Assembly (NCBI GenBank): GCA_016748015.1
Contig: JAAOMT010000328.1
Location: forward strand, 323,779-387,778
Direction of reading: 5' to 3'
DNA: 64,000 nucleotides
DNA from: Geosiphon pyriformis uo1
Lineage: Eukaryota > Fungi > Glomeromycota
The translations under genes were made by a program, and so were the position numbers. Positions 42,015 through 54,536 of the stretch are shown in pieces. Positions within the stretch are counted from its first letter, which is position 1. Each line of letters begins with the position of its first letter. The notes below the pieces were generated by a model. That model had not been told where the DNA came from. It searched no databases and was given only the letters and a program-made list of their open reading frames with translations.

Positions 42015-43302
42015 CAAAAAAAAACTTTTTTCTCTCTTTGACTGCTACCACACAATTTACTATGCCTCAAATTTGGAAAATAAGTTTTTTGCAAAGAAAT
42101 CTTTAATTATAATAAATTTTTATTATCACAACAGACTTAAAAGTGTCTGATAACAATGTCAACTGTGAAGTAACACCAGTCACACAAAGAAGTACAAGTG
42201 AAGAGACTATTGATAGTGAATACCAAATGGAGAGAAACATAACTTCCACTGCTAAAAAAGAAGATATTAATACTAATCCACGAAAATCATTAACTGTGAA
42301 AACTGCAAGACCTACTACACTTCTATTTAGATTTGAAACTACCAATAGACTATTTGGAAGTGTGAACACAAATAGTGGAAATGATATGCTATTACAAGTG
42401 ATTATTTGAGGTCTCAAAATAAATAACAAACCTGTAATTTGATGCTTAATAGCAATATTAATGGTGGTGATAATCTGAAGGTTTTGGTTGTCTGAAGGTT
42501 TTGGGTTGTCTGAAGGTTTTGGTTGTCTGAAAATTTTGGTTGAGTCTTTTGTATAATAGACAGAGATTCAAGTAATGGATTTTATTCGTAACTTTCCAAA
42601 ACTGCAGTTTCATCAATTTCTTTCTTAGCATAATGGCTGGTAGTCATCCTGGTAAGCTATTCTCAATTAAGTATCTACCCTTATTTTTGGGTCTTTTACC
42701 AATGCTATATCTTGATGTCAATACCTCTGCATGTTAATCCTCTTAATCAAGTTAGTAATAAAAAAAATCAAAAAGAAAATAAAAGAAAATAAAAAAGAGA
42801 AATAAAGAAAATTAAAGAAATAAGCCAAAGCAGTTTGCAAGTTAGTATCTTATTAATAACCATGATCAATAGCTATTGTTCTAGTATGGTTTAAGTATTA
42901 ATTTCTATCAACATAAAGTGTTGATAATAGAAGTAGATTGTAGATAACAAATAATTATTTTTATTGATATTTGTGAATTTGGAAGGTTACTTAGATTAAA
43001 TCTAAACTGAGAGGTCTGTTTTTTTTACTTCTAATACTACCACTATATATACATAATTGAGATTTCTCAATTCCTTAATTCTTCACATCAGGAATTCTGG
43101 AATTTCTGGAATCCTGCAATTCCTTTTGAGAAGAATCCTGGAATTCTGGAATCCTGCGATTCTTTGTATGAAAATTCTGAAATTCCTAGAATCCTACAAT
43201 TTCTCTGAGAGAAATTTTACATCTACTGTGCCTATTTCTGATTGGCTAATTTATATGCTAATATACTTCTTATATTCTATGAGTAACATTATTTTCTTCT
43301 TT

Positions 43303-44043
43303 TTAATATTAAGCTCCATCGAAATCTCCCAAATTTCTTAATTCTAATTCTTTATCTTTGAGTATTTCTTGAACTTCTTTTTTGAGAATTACTTGTGTTA
43401 TTCTGTTCTGTAATTCTTCAAATTGGGCATTGGTTATTTTTCTCATTTGGTTTACTATAATGGAGTCCATTTCTGAATTAAGTAAGATTTCTGGTCTGTC
43501 TTGAAATCCAGTATGTAGCTAATAAATGGCTCTTGCTTATGTAGTCAAATTGTTTTTTCTCACAAATTGTTTCAGTTGTTGCAGTATAGTTGTGTCAAAT
43601 AATTGTTTTGTTTTATCCGTGTATAAGTTCTGAATGTTCAAATATTGTTTCAAGTGAAAATAACAAAAGTTTCTTGGAAATTTGTGTATTCACCATTTTC
43701 AAGTCTCTTTAGTTAACTCTTGATATGTGGTAACACTTATTGGTTCTTCTATTGCCATTTTTATTTTCAAAATTATTTTGTCAATAGTGTTTTCTGTTTT
43801 CCTTTGAATTTTGTATTTGGGTATTTTTTTAGTATCTTGGTATTAAATAGTTTATTGGTTAATAGTAATTTCCATATTCTGTTGTTGAATTAGTTGGAAT
43901 AGTTGTTGTGCTAATGAGTAGATGTCATCAGTGATCTCCATTTTTCTGAAGTCTTCTATTGCATTTACCATGTCTTTATATACTCTTTTATTGTTCAATT
44001 TTACATGTTTGATCCAATAATTATAATTGGTTCCAGATCTCAT
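43303..44043 (-). pseudogene. ORF3 of family C (unknown function)
   Basis: Same frame as 11883-12620. Its stop abuts the PPT. Confidence 0.75.
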
Positions 44044-44079
44044 GAAATTTCATCTGGTTGGACTAGTATTTGCTGTACT

Positions 44080-45385
44080 CTCAATTGTGGAATATTACTT
44101 GTGAATGGTACTATTATATAATAATATGGTTTCAGTCAATCACCATGTGCTGCTTTGATTAAAATTTTGTTGTTTAATTTTAATTTATAAGCTCTATTTC
44201 CAAGAATTTTTTCTATGTAAAATGGTCTATACCATTTGGGATCAAATTTTTTACTCTATTGTTTTTCCACTTTAGTATGATATAAAAGTACTTTGTCTCC
44301 AATCTTGAATTCAACTGGTTTATTTGGTAGTTGGTTATCATGTCTTTTTTTTTGTTTTTTTTGTGACTTTTGGATGTTATCAGCTGCTCTTTACCATTTG
44401 TTTTCTAGTGTTTCCATTAAGTCATATGTTTTTCTTAACAATGTTTTCTGAAAATTGTCTTCAGTTATTGGTTCTGTTGAATAAATGTTGACTTCTATCT
44501 CAATTGGTAATGTTGCTGTTCTACTATATACTAATTCAAATAGTGTTGTTTGTGTAGTGTCTTGCTTCATTGTCCGATAAGCAAATAATACTGATGATAT
44601 AAACAAATCTTATTTGTTTTGGTTTTCTTGGCTAATTTTGGCTATTGCTTCACATAGTGTTCTGTTAAACTTTTCAACTAACCCATTTGTTTGTGGATGG
44701 TATGGTGATGATAATAATCTTTTTATCCCAAATTTTTGACTTAATTCTGTCAATGTTCTATTTACAAAGTGAGTTCCTTGATCTGATAGTAGTTTTTTTG
44801 GACATCTGTGTTGACAGATTAAATCTTGATGAACAAATTTGGTAATAGATTCTGCATCTGCTCTTTGAATGGCTTTTGCTTCTGACCATTTAGTAAGATA
44901 ATTCATGACTATTGCAATATATCTGTTGCCTCTGCTAGTTATTGTTAATGATCCGACTAGATTAATTCTAATTTGATCAAATAGTTGTCCTACTTTGATC
45001 AGTCTCAATGGTTCACTGGGTTTTGTTCCTCTTTTTCTTTGACAAACATCACAATTTTGAACATATTAGATGATATCTGGATACATTGATGGCCAATAAT
45101 ATCTTTTTCTAATTCTTTCTATAGTTGCTTCTTTATGAAAATATTCTGCTGTTGGATTTGAGTGCATGTTGAACAAGATTGTCTCTTTTTCTGGTTCTGT
45201 AATTACTCTGGTTGGTTGATTTGGATTTCTTTTATTCTTTCGATATAATATATTTTGGTGTGTAATAAAATATTTGGATTGTTGTTTGATGTTGTTTTGT
45301 TCTTTTTGAGATAATTTCTTCTTAAACAATTGAGTATTTATATAATATTGGAGTTGTTAATATTTTTGTATATTTATTTTTTTGT
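44080..45385 (-). pseudogene. Integrase of family C
   Basis: ORFs 45066-45329, 44610-45008 and 44391-44606: RYYWPSM, INLVGSL, NYLTKWSEAKAI, LSDQGTHF, SPYHPQTNGLVEKFNRTL. Confidence 0.92.
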
Positions 45386-45399
45386 TATATTTTTTTTTT

Positions 45400-46700
45400 T
45401 TAGATTTGTCTCATTTGTAACAAACTATTGGCATTTTCATTTTTTTTTCCTTTTTATAATGTACTGTATATTTGTATGGTGCAAGTTCTATTTTCCATTG
45501 AGTATAGCGATTGTCTCCAAATTCTTGTTTCTGGATTGAAGTCAATCCTTTATGGTCTGTGTAAATGTCAAATTTTTGGCTTAAGTATTTTTTTTATTTT
45601 ATTACTGCTCAGTAAATAGCTAAATGTTCTAGTGCTGGTGTTCTATAGTTCTTTTCCACTGAGCTCAAACTTTGACTAGCATATACTACTAGATGTTTTT
45701 TTTCATCCAGTCCTCTCTGTGATAGTACTGTTCCCAATGCTTGACTTAATACATCAGTAGTAATGATGAATGGTTTGCTGTAATTTGGATAAATCAATAC
45801 TAGAGCTTGTATAAGCTTTTTTCTTAGTGTGTCAAAAGCTTCTTGCTGAATTTTTGTCCATTTATATTTTACATTCTTGGTTTGGAGTTGATGTAATGAC
45901 TGAGCCAATTTAGAAAAATCCTTGATAAAGCTGTGATAGTACCCTGTGAATCCCAAGAATGCTTTTAGTTCTGTAAGATTATTTGGTACTGGAAAGTTCT
46001 TAACAACTTTAATCTTGTCTGGATCTGTTTTGATGCCATTTTTGTTTATAACATGTCCCAAAAACTTGAGTTTAGTTTTCCCAAAGAAGCACTTATTTGT
46101 ATTCAATTTCAGTCTTGCTCATCTTAGTCTCTTAAATACTTGTTAGAAATAGTGAAGATAATCATCAAATGTTTTTGAGAACATGTTGGTGTCATCCAAG
46201 TATATAACTACTGACTTCCACAATAGTTCAGTGTACACAATTTCTATTAACCATTGAAATGTGGCTGATGTATTCATTAATCTGAATGGCATAACTTCAA
46301 ACTCAAAATTTTTCTCTCTTGTGGTAAATGCTGTTTTCTCTTTGTCGGCTGGATCCATGGCTACTTGTCAGTAACTACTATCTAAATTCAGTGTTGAGAA
46401 CCATTTATTTCTTCCAAAAGCATCAAATAATTCCTGTATTTGTGGAGTTGGATAACTATCTTTATGAGTAACACTATTGAGTTTTTTATAATCTACACAA
46501 AAGCAGATCTTCCCATTTTTTTTTCAGACTAGTATCACTAGTAATAATCATGGATTCATTGATGACTGAATTAGTCTATTGTCTAACATCTGGTTGATTT
46601 CTTGATGAATAATCTTATGGCTGGTTAATAGTACTTAATATGCTCTTTGTTTGATTGGCATTGCATTTCCAGTCTTGATCTAATGCTGGATAATGTTGGT
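45400..46700 (-). pseudogene. pol: Reverse transcriptase and RNase H of family C
   Basis: DKEKTAFTT...VMPFRLMN...VIYLDD, KCFFG...KFLGHVI, FIITTDV...LGTVLSQ...VVYASQSL...EKNY. Confidence 0.93.
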
Positions 46701-47149
46701 ACAGCCAAATTCATTTTCACTAGCAAAGATATCACTAAAATTGTTGAGTAATATTTTTAATTGCATCTGTTAGAATAGGTCTAGATTTTCTATGTTTATC
46801 TGTTCCAATTGTTCCAATTGGAGCAAATAACATTTGCTTTGTCTGTAAATGGTTTGTAATGTGATATCCACATATTCCAATTGTGTTGTAGATGGGAATT
46901 TTAATGTTTTTGGGGCTTTTGGCTTGTATATAAAGATTAGTGAGTCCAATTTTTCCTGATTTACAGATGGTGGCTTCTGCTTCAAACAATTGAGCTTGAT
47001 CCTTTACTTCTCTTTTTATGGCTAATATATACTGGTTATATGGTGAAATGAAAATTGATTAATAGGTGGAGATAATTTCTCCCTTGTTAATAACTTCTTT
47101 TTCTGCCATATTGACTGGTATATCTATTCTACTTATGGATCTGAATCTC

Positions 47150-47540
47150 TGTATCCCTTTTGCTATTATTCCTAATTCTTCTCTGTTTCCCACTGGTGCT
47201 AACTAAGCTATTTTAACCAGAGACAGGAATATTGCCTGTGATATTTTTTTATTTGGCTCTATTGTATAGGCTTTTTCTGAGTTATTTTGTAGTATTGTAA
47301 TGATATTTTCTATGTATCCTGTATCAATTATTCTTTCTCTAATATTTATTCCTTTTTTTTTTAAGCTACTCCTAGATGCTAGTTGAATCATTGTTGTTGC
47401 TAGAATTTCCAGTGCTATTTTGAGATCAATACAGATGCATGAATGTGGTTTCAATTTGATGACATTTTTTCCTGGATATCTCAGATCAAATTCTGCATCA
47501 GTATTATGCGTGCATTCTGACATGATACCTTCATTGTTAT
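47150..47540 (-). pseudogene. dut: dUTPase domain between protease and RT
   Basis: Trimeric dUTPase motifs in order: DAEFDL, LASRSSL, IIDTGY, KISQAIF. Eroded motif V (RGIQRFRS) after the stop at 47203. Confidence 0.88.
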
Positions 47541-48899
47541 CACTAAACCATTTCAGTTTTTGCTTCTTGGTGAGATTCAGAAGTGCAATATATTGTTTGT
47601 AGTTTAGATCAGGATTCAAATCTGAGTTTAAATTATTGTCATTATTATTGCCATATTGAACAAAGCTGGAATTATTGTTTTTATTATTATCATTGTCAGA
47701 GTTTGAATCAGGATTGAAATTTGATTCTGATTCCAATGCACAGTTGCTGATTGGTTTTTTCTCTTCTGGGATCGTATAGATCATGTGTGGTGGTGGATTG
47801 TAAATGAAGTTACACTCATTACAATATTAAAAGTCATATGGGATCAAACAGTGGTCATATAGTCAAGTGTTTATTTGGGCTAAATGCTGCTTTTGTTTCT
47901 CTCTTGTTGGTGCCAAATTTTGGTAGTGTTCATGGAATTTTTTTGGGCCTGCTTCTAGGTCCAGGAAAGCATCTGGGTTGGGAATCAGAACAATATTGAT
48001 TGGTTCCAAAGGGTTGTTCTTGATTTTCAATATTTTGCTGAACATGGTATCTTCTACTTTGGCATTCACTATCCACCAGATCTTGTCCTTGTCATGTGAG
48101 TAACCATCCAAACAAGAGATTGCACAGTGCCAAATGGCAATTATTGGCATACCACAACTTACCCAATCACTGATAAGGATTATGTACTGGCATAAAGTGT
48201 CACACAATTCTTCTCAACCAGGAATGTTATTCCATATTCCTTCATCAAGCAATTATTTGCTGCAAGCAAAACATGGTTCATTGTCCTACTTGTCTTGTTT
48301 TTTTGGGTAGCCATAGCATTCGCAATAGCAAGACTTGCAATAGTAATGGGTTCACGTTTAGTAATCTTTATCTGGTACAATTCAAGCTCTCATAGAAGAC
48401 AATTTCTTTTTGTAGTTTTTACACCTAAGAGAAATATAAAGTGGTTTTGGTCTGGTATTTGTTGAGTATGTATTTCTCCAACCACTTGTTACTGTAGTGT
48501 CATTGGTCTCTTCAGATATATCTTTTTTCTTTTCTTTCTTTTTTCTTTTGTTTTTTTCTTTCCAGTCTAGAATTAGTGGTATTTCACTTTGGTTGTTGTT
48601 AGTTCACATGTTTTGAACAGTCCTCCAGATAAGTTCTTCTGTGTACTTTTCTTTTTTTTGTACATTTTATGAAAGTATTGGCAGTAGCTCATTGTAGTCC
48701 TTATCAGCCCATAAGACTTGATAGGCTTCTCAAAAAGGTTTGCTTACTTCTTTTTTGAGTTCTATTAATAGTGCTAGCACATTGGTGGTCTTTAAATGAT
48801 CATACATTGCTGCTGCTCATGTGTATTGGCTGTTTTGGCTGATTTGCAACTTTTAAGTAGTTCAGTCAAGCATTGTATTGGTTTTGGACAGCCAATCAT

Positions 48900-51560
48900 T
48901 TTCAACTAAAGCTTGATATTAAGTGGTCTCCATAACTAATACTTTGATTGGCATGATGATGCCATTAATCTTTATAGAGAAGTCATTAATCTTGCTGATC
49001 AGAGTTTTGGTTGCTCTATTAACAGTAATTATGCGTGTGCTGACAGCGTGATCAACTTGGCAACCTAATTGGTCTATGAGTTGTTGTGTAATGATGCTGC
49101 CAGCTGATCTACTGTCTAGAATCAGTTTGATGGTATGGCCATCAACTTTCATGTCAGTGTACATGGCAGTGATCAGTTTGGTGTCAAGAGCAGCTCCACT
49201 AAATAATAGAATAGATGTGGTTTCCTCGAGTTTGAAAGGAAAAATAGCAGCTAGGGATTTGTCATTGGAGATAGTTGCTGGTGGAATATTGCTAGTAAGT
49301 GGCTGCTTCTGGTTGTGTTCCAGATTATTGGATGGAGCATCTTCTGGGGTAACCAAGAGACTTAAATAGTTCTGAGAATTCAGATTTTGGGCATGGCTGG
49401 TGCCTAAATTCTGTTGATGAGATTCTGATTGTTGGGCTGATGAACTGGAGATTAGTTGATGAACTATTATCACCAATCTCCAGTTTTTTTGTGTCATTCT
49501 CAGCCTGTGTATTCCATTTTGAGGTAAGTTTTGTGGCAGTGTTTGAATTTGTTGGGATTGATAGATTACTAGTGGCTGTAATTGATATATTATTTGTGGC
49601 TGTGACTAATAAATTGGAGTTTAATATACTGATGGTTAATAGACTGGCTGCTGTGTTATTGACAGGTAAGTGGATTGATATTGATTTTGGTTTGAGTAAG
49701 GATTCAGGGTTTGAAACTGGCAGTTAGGATTTTTGTATTGATTTTCTGATTGTTGGTTATTGTTATTAGACTAGCAGTCAATTTTTAGATGGTCTTGTCT
49801 TTCACAGTTGTGACAAACACACATTTCTGGCTGCCACAACTGATTAGATGATAATGATCATGACTGATATTGGAAATGATTCGCATTTCCTTAGTTACTG
49901 CGTCATTGTGGAGGTTGATAAATTGCCTGATTATTGCTAGCTAAGTATCTTTTTAGTTTCTGATTAATTGAATTACTAAATTGTTTCAATTTAAAATCCA
50001 ATTCAGATGATTCATTTATTACTAGATTTATGACTTGGGCATAGTTGGCTTCTAACTCAGCTGACTCAAAGTCCCTGGCGCATGTGACTGTATCTTAAAG
50101 AGTGGCTGCATGTAATGGATGTACATGTTGAAGGATGCTACTGTGCAAACCATGGATGAACTAATTCAAGATTTGTGGCTCTGTAAAGTAGTTGGCATCA
50201 ATTGCTTGAATTTGGCATAGATTTTACTAGAAGCATTTCAAGTAAGTGGTAACTGCTTCAGTATCTTCCTGTTTGATGGTAGTGAAAGTGTTGGCCAAGT
50301 AATTAATGCTATTATTATTACTAAAATATCTCAAGAATTCAAGTTTGAATTCCTAGAAGATTTGTGGTCTGGCTGCTAAACTCTGATACCATGAATTAGT
50401 GGTATCTTGGAGAAAGTAAAAAATTGCTTGAAGGGCTCTATTGTTATCCCAGTTATTGATAGTAATGGCTTTGATAATATTATTGATCTATGCTTGAATG
50501 TTATCTTCTTTGCTGGTGAATTTCTCAAGTTTGGTGATTGGAGTGTAGGCCATTAGATTCATATTTTGTTGTTGAGGTGGTTGTTGCAGCTGTTGTGGTT
50601 ATTGAAGGGGTTGTTGAATTTGTTGATTTAGTTGTAGAGGCTTGGCTATTGGATTAATCAGTAGCTGGTCGATAATGATTATTGGAGATATGTTTGGTTG
50701 ATTAATTAATTTAAAGTTTAGATTATTCTGATTTTGTGGTGATTAAATATTTGGAGTTTTGACTTCCAGATTTTCTAAATTTGGATCTTGCTGAGTCTGA
50801 AAGTTTGGAGTTTTAATGTCTGAGTTTTGGTAAGTAAATTCCTGATCTTCGGTTTTTTTTTCTTCCTCTTCTTTTGATTCTGTTACCTCTCATGGGTCAG
50901 CTGTTCCAAAATCTGGTAGAGGTGGCAGTAATTGGTATCCTAATAGGATAGTTGATTGCAATTTAAATCCTTCAAAATAATTATCATAGGTCTCTAATAA
51001 TTCTGCTTTCTTTTGTTTACTTTGAAAGGGAAGTTGTCCAAATATTGATGTTGTATTTAATGTGGGCATGTCTGTTAATAAGATGTTGATGGCGCTTCTG
51101 GATATATAGTGATATGATGGATTTGTCGGCAATTCAACTCTGGTTTTTTTCCAAGTGAGTGGTTGGATCTCTTTTAGTGTTGCTGTTGGTATTTGTAGTC
51201 TTCTTTTTCTTTTGTCTATGTAGGTGATTGAGAATTGTTGTTGTGTGTATCTTTCAATAGTTTGATTAATTTCCCTGATGATTGGTGTGAAACTGTAATT
51301 TCTTGGTAAGCTGGTGTGTTGAAATAATTCTGTATAGAAGTTTTCTCTTACTGATTCAATGTCAACTGTTCCTCTTAAACAGTCTGTGATTTTTTCATTA
51401 ATGTAAAAGTTAAAAACAGATTCTGCTGAATAATAGTTGTTGTTTAATCTTAGTTGTTGGCTATACTATTGGAACAAAGATTTGGCAAATCTTAAATGGT
51501 TTGTTTCTATGTTTTCTGGTTCTGCCACTTTTAGATAATTGTTGTTAGTGCTGGTTTTCT
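48900..51560 (-). pseudogene. gag: gag (long N-terminal extension, capsid-like core, CCHC) and aspartic protease of family C
   Basis: Protease KLILDSRSAGSII. Knuckle VCHNCERQDHLKIDC at ~49775-49820. Capsid-like core at 50050-50550. Confidence 0.85.
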
Positions 51561-52774
51561 ATAGAATTATATCTTATAGAAAGCACCAAATATTACAAGT
51601 GATTATTTGGAGTCTCAAAGCAAATAACAAACCCATAACTTGGTGCTCAGTAGTGATATTAATGGTAGTAATAATCTGAAAATTTTGGTTGTTTGAAGGT
51701 TTTGGGTTGTTTGAAGGTTTTGGTTGTTTGAAGGTTTTGGTTGAGTGAAGGTTTTGATTGAGTTTTTTGTATAATAGACAGAGATTCAAGTAATGGGTTT
51801 TATTTGTAGCTTCCCAAAACTGCAGTTTTGTCAATTTTTTTCTCAGCATAATGGCCAGTAGTCTTCTTGGTAAGCTATCCTTAATTGAGTGTCTACCCTT
51901 ATTCTTGGGTCTTTTACCAGTGCTATATCTTGATGTCAGTACCTCTGTGTGTTAATCCTCTTAATCAAGTTAGTAGTAAAAGAAATCAAAAAGAAAATAA
52001 AAAAAAATAAAAAAGAAAAATAAAAAAAATTAAAGAAATAAGCCAAGACAGTTTGCAAGTTAGTATTCTGTTAATAGCTATGATCAAGAGCTATTGTTTC
52101 AGCATGGTTTAAGTATCAATTTTTATCAACATAAAATGTTAATAGTGGAAGTGAATTGTAGATAACAAATAGTTATTTTTATTGATATTTGTGAATTTGG
52201 AAGATTGCTTAAATTAAATCTAAACTAAAAAGTCTGTCTTTTTTACTTCTAATACTACTGTTATATATACATAATTGAGATTCCTCAATTCCTTGATTTC
52301 TCACACCAGAAATTCTGAAATTTCTGGAATTCTGCAATTCTTTTTGAGAGGAATCCTAGAATTCTGAATCCTGTGATTTTTTGTATGAAAATCTTGAAAT
52401 TCCTGGAATCTTGCAATTCCTCTGAGAGAAATTCTGGAATTCCACATCTACTGTGTCTACTTTTGATTGGCTAATTTATATGCTAATATACTTCCTATAT
52501 TCTATGAGTAACAATGCTCTTTAGAATAACCAACACATCAAAAAGAACAGCTTTACATAAGCAAGTAGTAGATTTTTCCCCAATAACAGCTAACAGATTA
52601 GAGGAAAAAGCCAACAAAAAATACAAACACATTGAAAGAATAAGTGTAAAAAGACTAACTGAGAAATTCAACCAAATAACTGAAGAAAACCTACCTAAAA
52701 ACACATCTGTTTAAACCAATAATTTTGTCTTACAACCAATATTTAACAAAGGTGAAAACAGCAACAAATTTTAA

Positions 52775-54536
52775 ATGGAAGCTTGGACTGGTAAAAAAGA
52801 AGCCTCAAAGTCCTTAAAAAAAATAGATAAACCATCCAAAACACCAAAAAAAGACAGAGAAAGAGCTGCACAAATAGAAGCAGCTCTAAGAAAATACAAT
52901 TCTAATATTTTGAACAGAATCAACAGAAAAAATTCTGTGATAAAAAATAAAGAGCATATGGACAATCCATTTGACATAAACAAAGATAAGCCTAATCTGA
53001 ATGATACTACAAAAGACATGGAAGACTCTGAATCAAGTTTATTGAGCAGAATGGCTAGTTCAAGTTCAGGACAATACAGTAGTAAATCACTTGGTAAAAA
53101 ACCCATGCTTATGGAAGCAAGCCATAAGGAAGGATGGAAAACAGTAGTCCATGGGACCAAAAGGCATGTACTTTTTGTGCAAGCATTAGATATACCAAAA
53201 AAAATCATGGAGATAGATTTATGATCTCTTGGGAGATGTTAGTTACTTTTTGGGGGCTGTAATGGCTAGAAACCAAGAGATCAGAGTTGATTTTTCCCAA
53301 GTGACTGGAAGAGACCAAGCCAAAGAAATCCTGGCAAATAAAGAAATAGAATCATTTTTGATGGCTATTGATAATATCAACAACCAAATGAATAATCAAA
53401 AAAAAGTCCTGGTGAGAGATATTCCCTTGGATATCTCAAACAAAGAGGTGAGAGCTGCCATAAAAAAATTTGGTAAGGTCAAAAAAATCCAAATCAGAGT
53501 AGCCAGAAAATGACAATTAGCAGTGGTTGAATATAACAACCAAGAAAAAGCAACCAGAGCTGTAAACCAATAGTCAATCATTGTCAGAAAAGATGCAGTC
53601 AGAATTTAACCAATGATTGGAATCCAAAAGATTATTGAGCAGAAAAAAACCTGGGAAGCTAAATTGGTGGGCCTAGTACAGAACTGTACTGCTTACTACT
53701 TAAGCACCACTCTGGATCAAATCAAAGCCTGATCTTGCTTTATTCTAAGAACTAGCAAAAATTATACAAAAATGAACTGTGCTTATATAAGATTCGACAG
53801 TAAAGCTAGTCACAACAATGCTACCAAAAAGCCCCTGGTAATTGGTAACACACTGGTCTACTGGGTGCCTATTGATGCTAAAGAATGCCATTTCTGTTAT
53901 CAGGTGGGGCATTTGGTCTCAAAATGTCCAACTTTACATAAGAAAAAAGAAGGAAATACCAAGAAAGTTAACAACAATATCAGATTAGCAAAGCCATATG
54001 TTAAGAAAAATATTCCAGAGGAAAACATCAAGGCCTTTGGTGGAAGATTATATGCAGAAATGGCTGTATTCAGAATGTCTTATAATCTGAATAACACCAA
54101 TTCAAACAGAATTCAGAAATCTGGTCCACAAGTAAACAATAGAGAAAAACAACCAAAAAAAAGAGTCAACCAACCATAGAAGGCTGAAATTAATGAATTA
54201 AGACAGCAGGTTGATGAAATGGCAAAACTGCTGAGTGCAGTTGCTGCCAAACTTGAAGTAACAATAGAAAAAGAAAAAAAAGTAATAACTACTTAACAAC
54301 TGAGTAACACTTCAGAAGGAAAAAAAGAGATGGAAAATAAAGTACCAAGCCAAAGTACTACATTTAAATCTACTTTGGCAGGGAAAAAAGAGACATACAA
54401 CCCAGAATTGGAAATCAAAAAAATCAAAAAAACATTGGAACCCATTCTGAAGTTATTGAAGCAAGTAAAAAAACAGAGTAGCTGAAGCAGTTTTACTGCT
54501 GGAGAATCTAAATCTATAGAAACAGATGATATATAG
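52775..54536 (+). pseudogene. LINE ORF1 (two RRM-like domains, CCHC knuckle, coiled coil)
   Basis: KKVLVRDIPLDISNKEVRAAIKKFGKV and CHFCYQVGHLVSKC. Stops arise from Trp/Gln codons. Confidence 0.85.

Larger units (their letters stand above)
42390..52513 (-). mobile_element. Full-length Ty3/gypsy family C element (10.1 kb) with dUTPase: 3' LTR 42390-43288, 5' LTR 51591-52513
   Basis: Perfect TSD ATGC (42386-42389 and 52514-52517). PBS 51573-51588, PPT ~43291-43302. Domain order gag-PR-dUT-RT-RH-IN-ORF3. Confidence 0.95.

Noticed and set aside
42474-42545. 17-18 bp repeats (CTGAAGGTTTTGGTTGT) as a CRISPR array or telomere repeat
   Set aside because: No spacers, eukaryotic context, and a fixed part of LTR C in all four copies.
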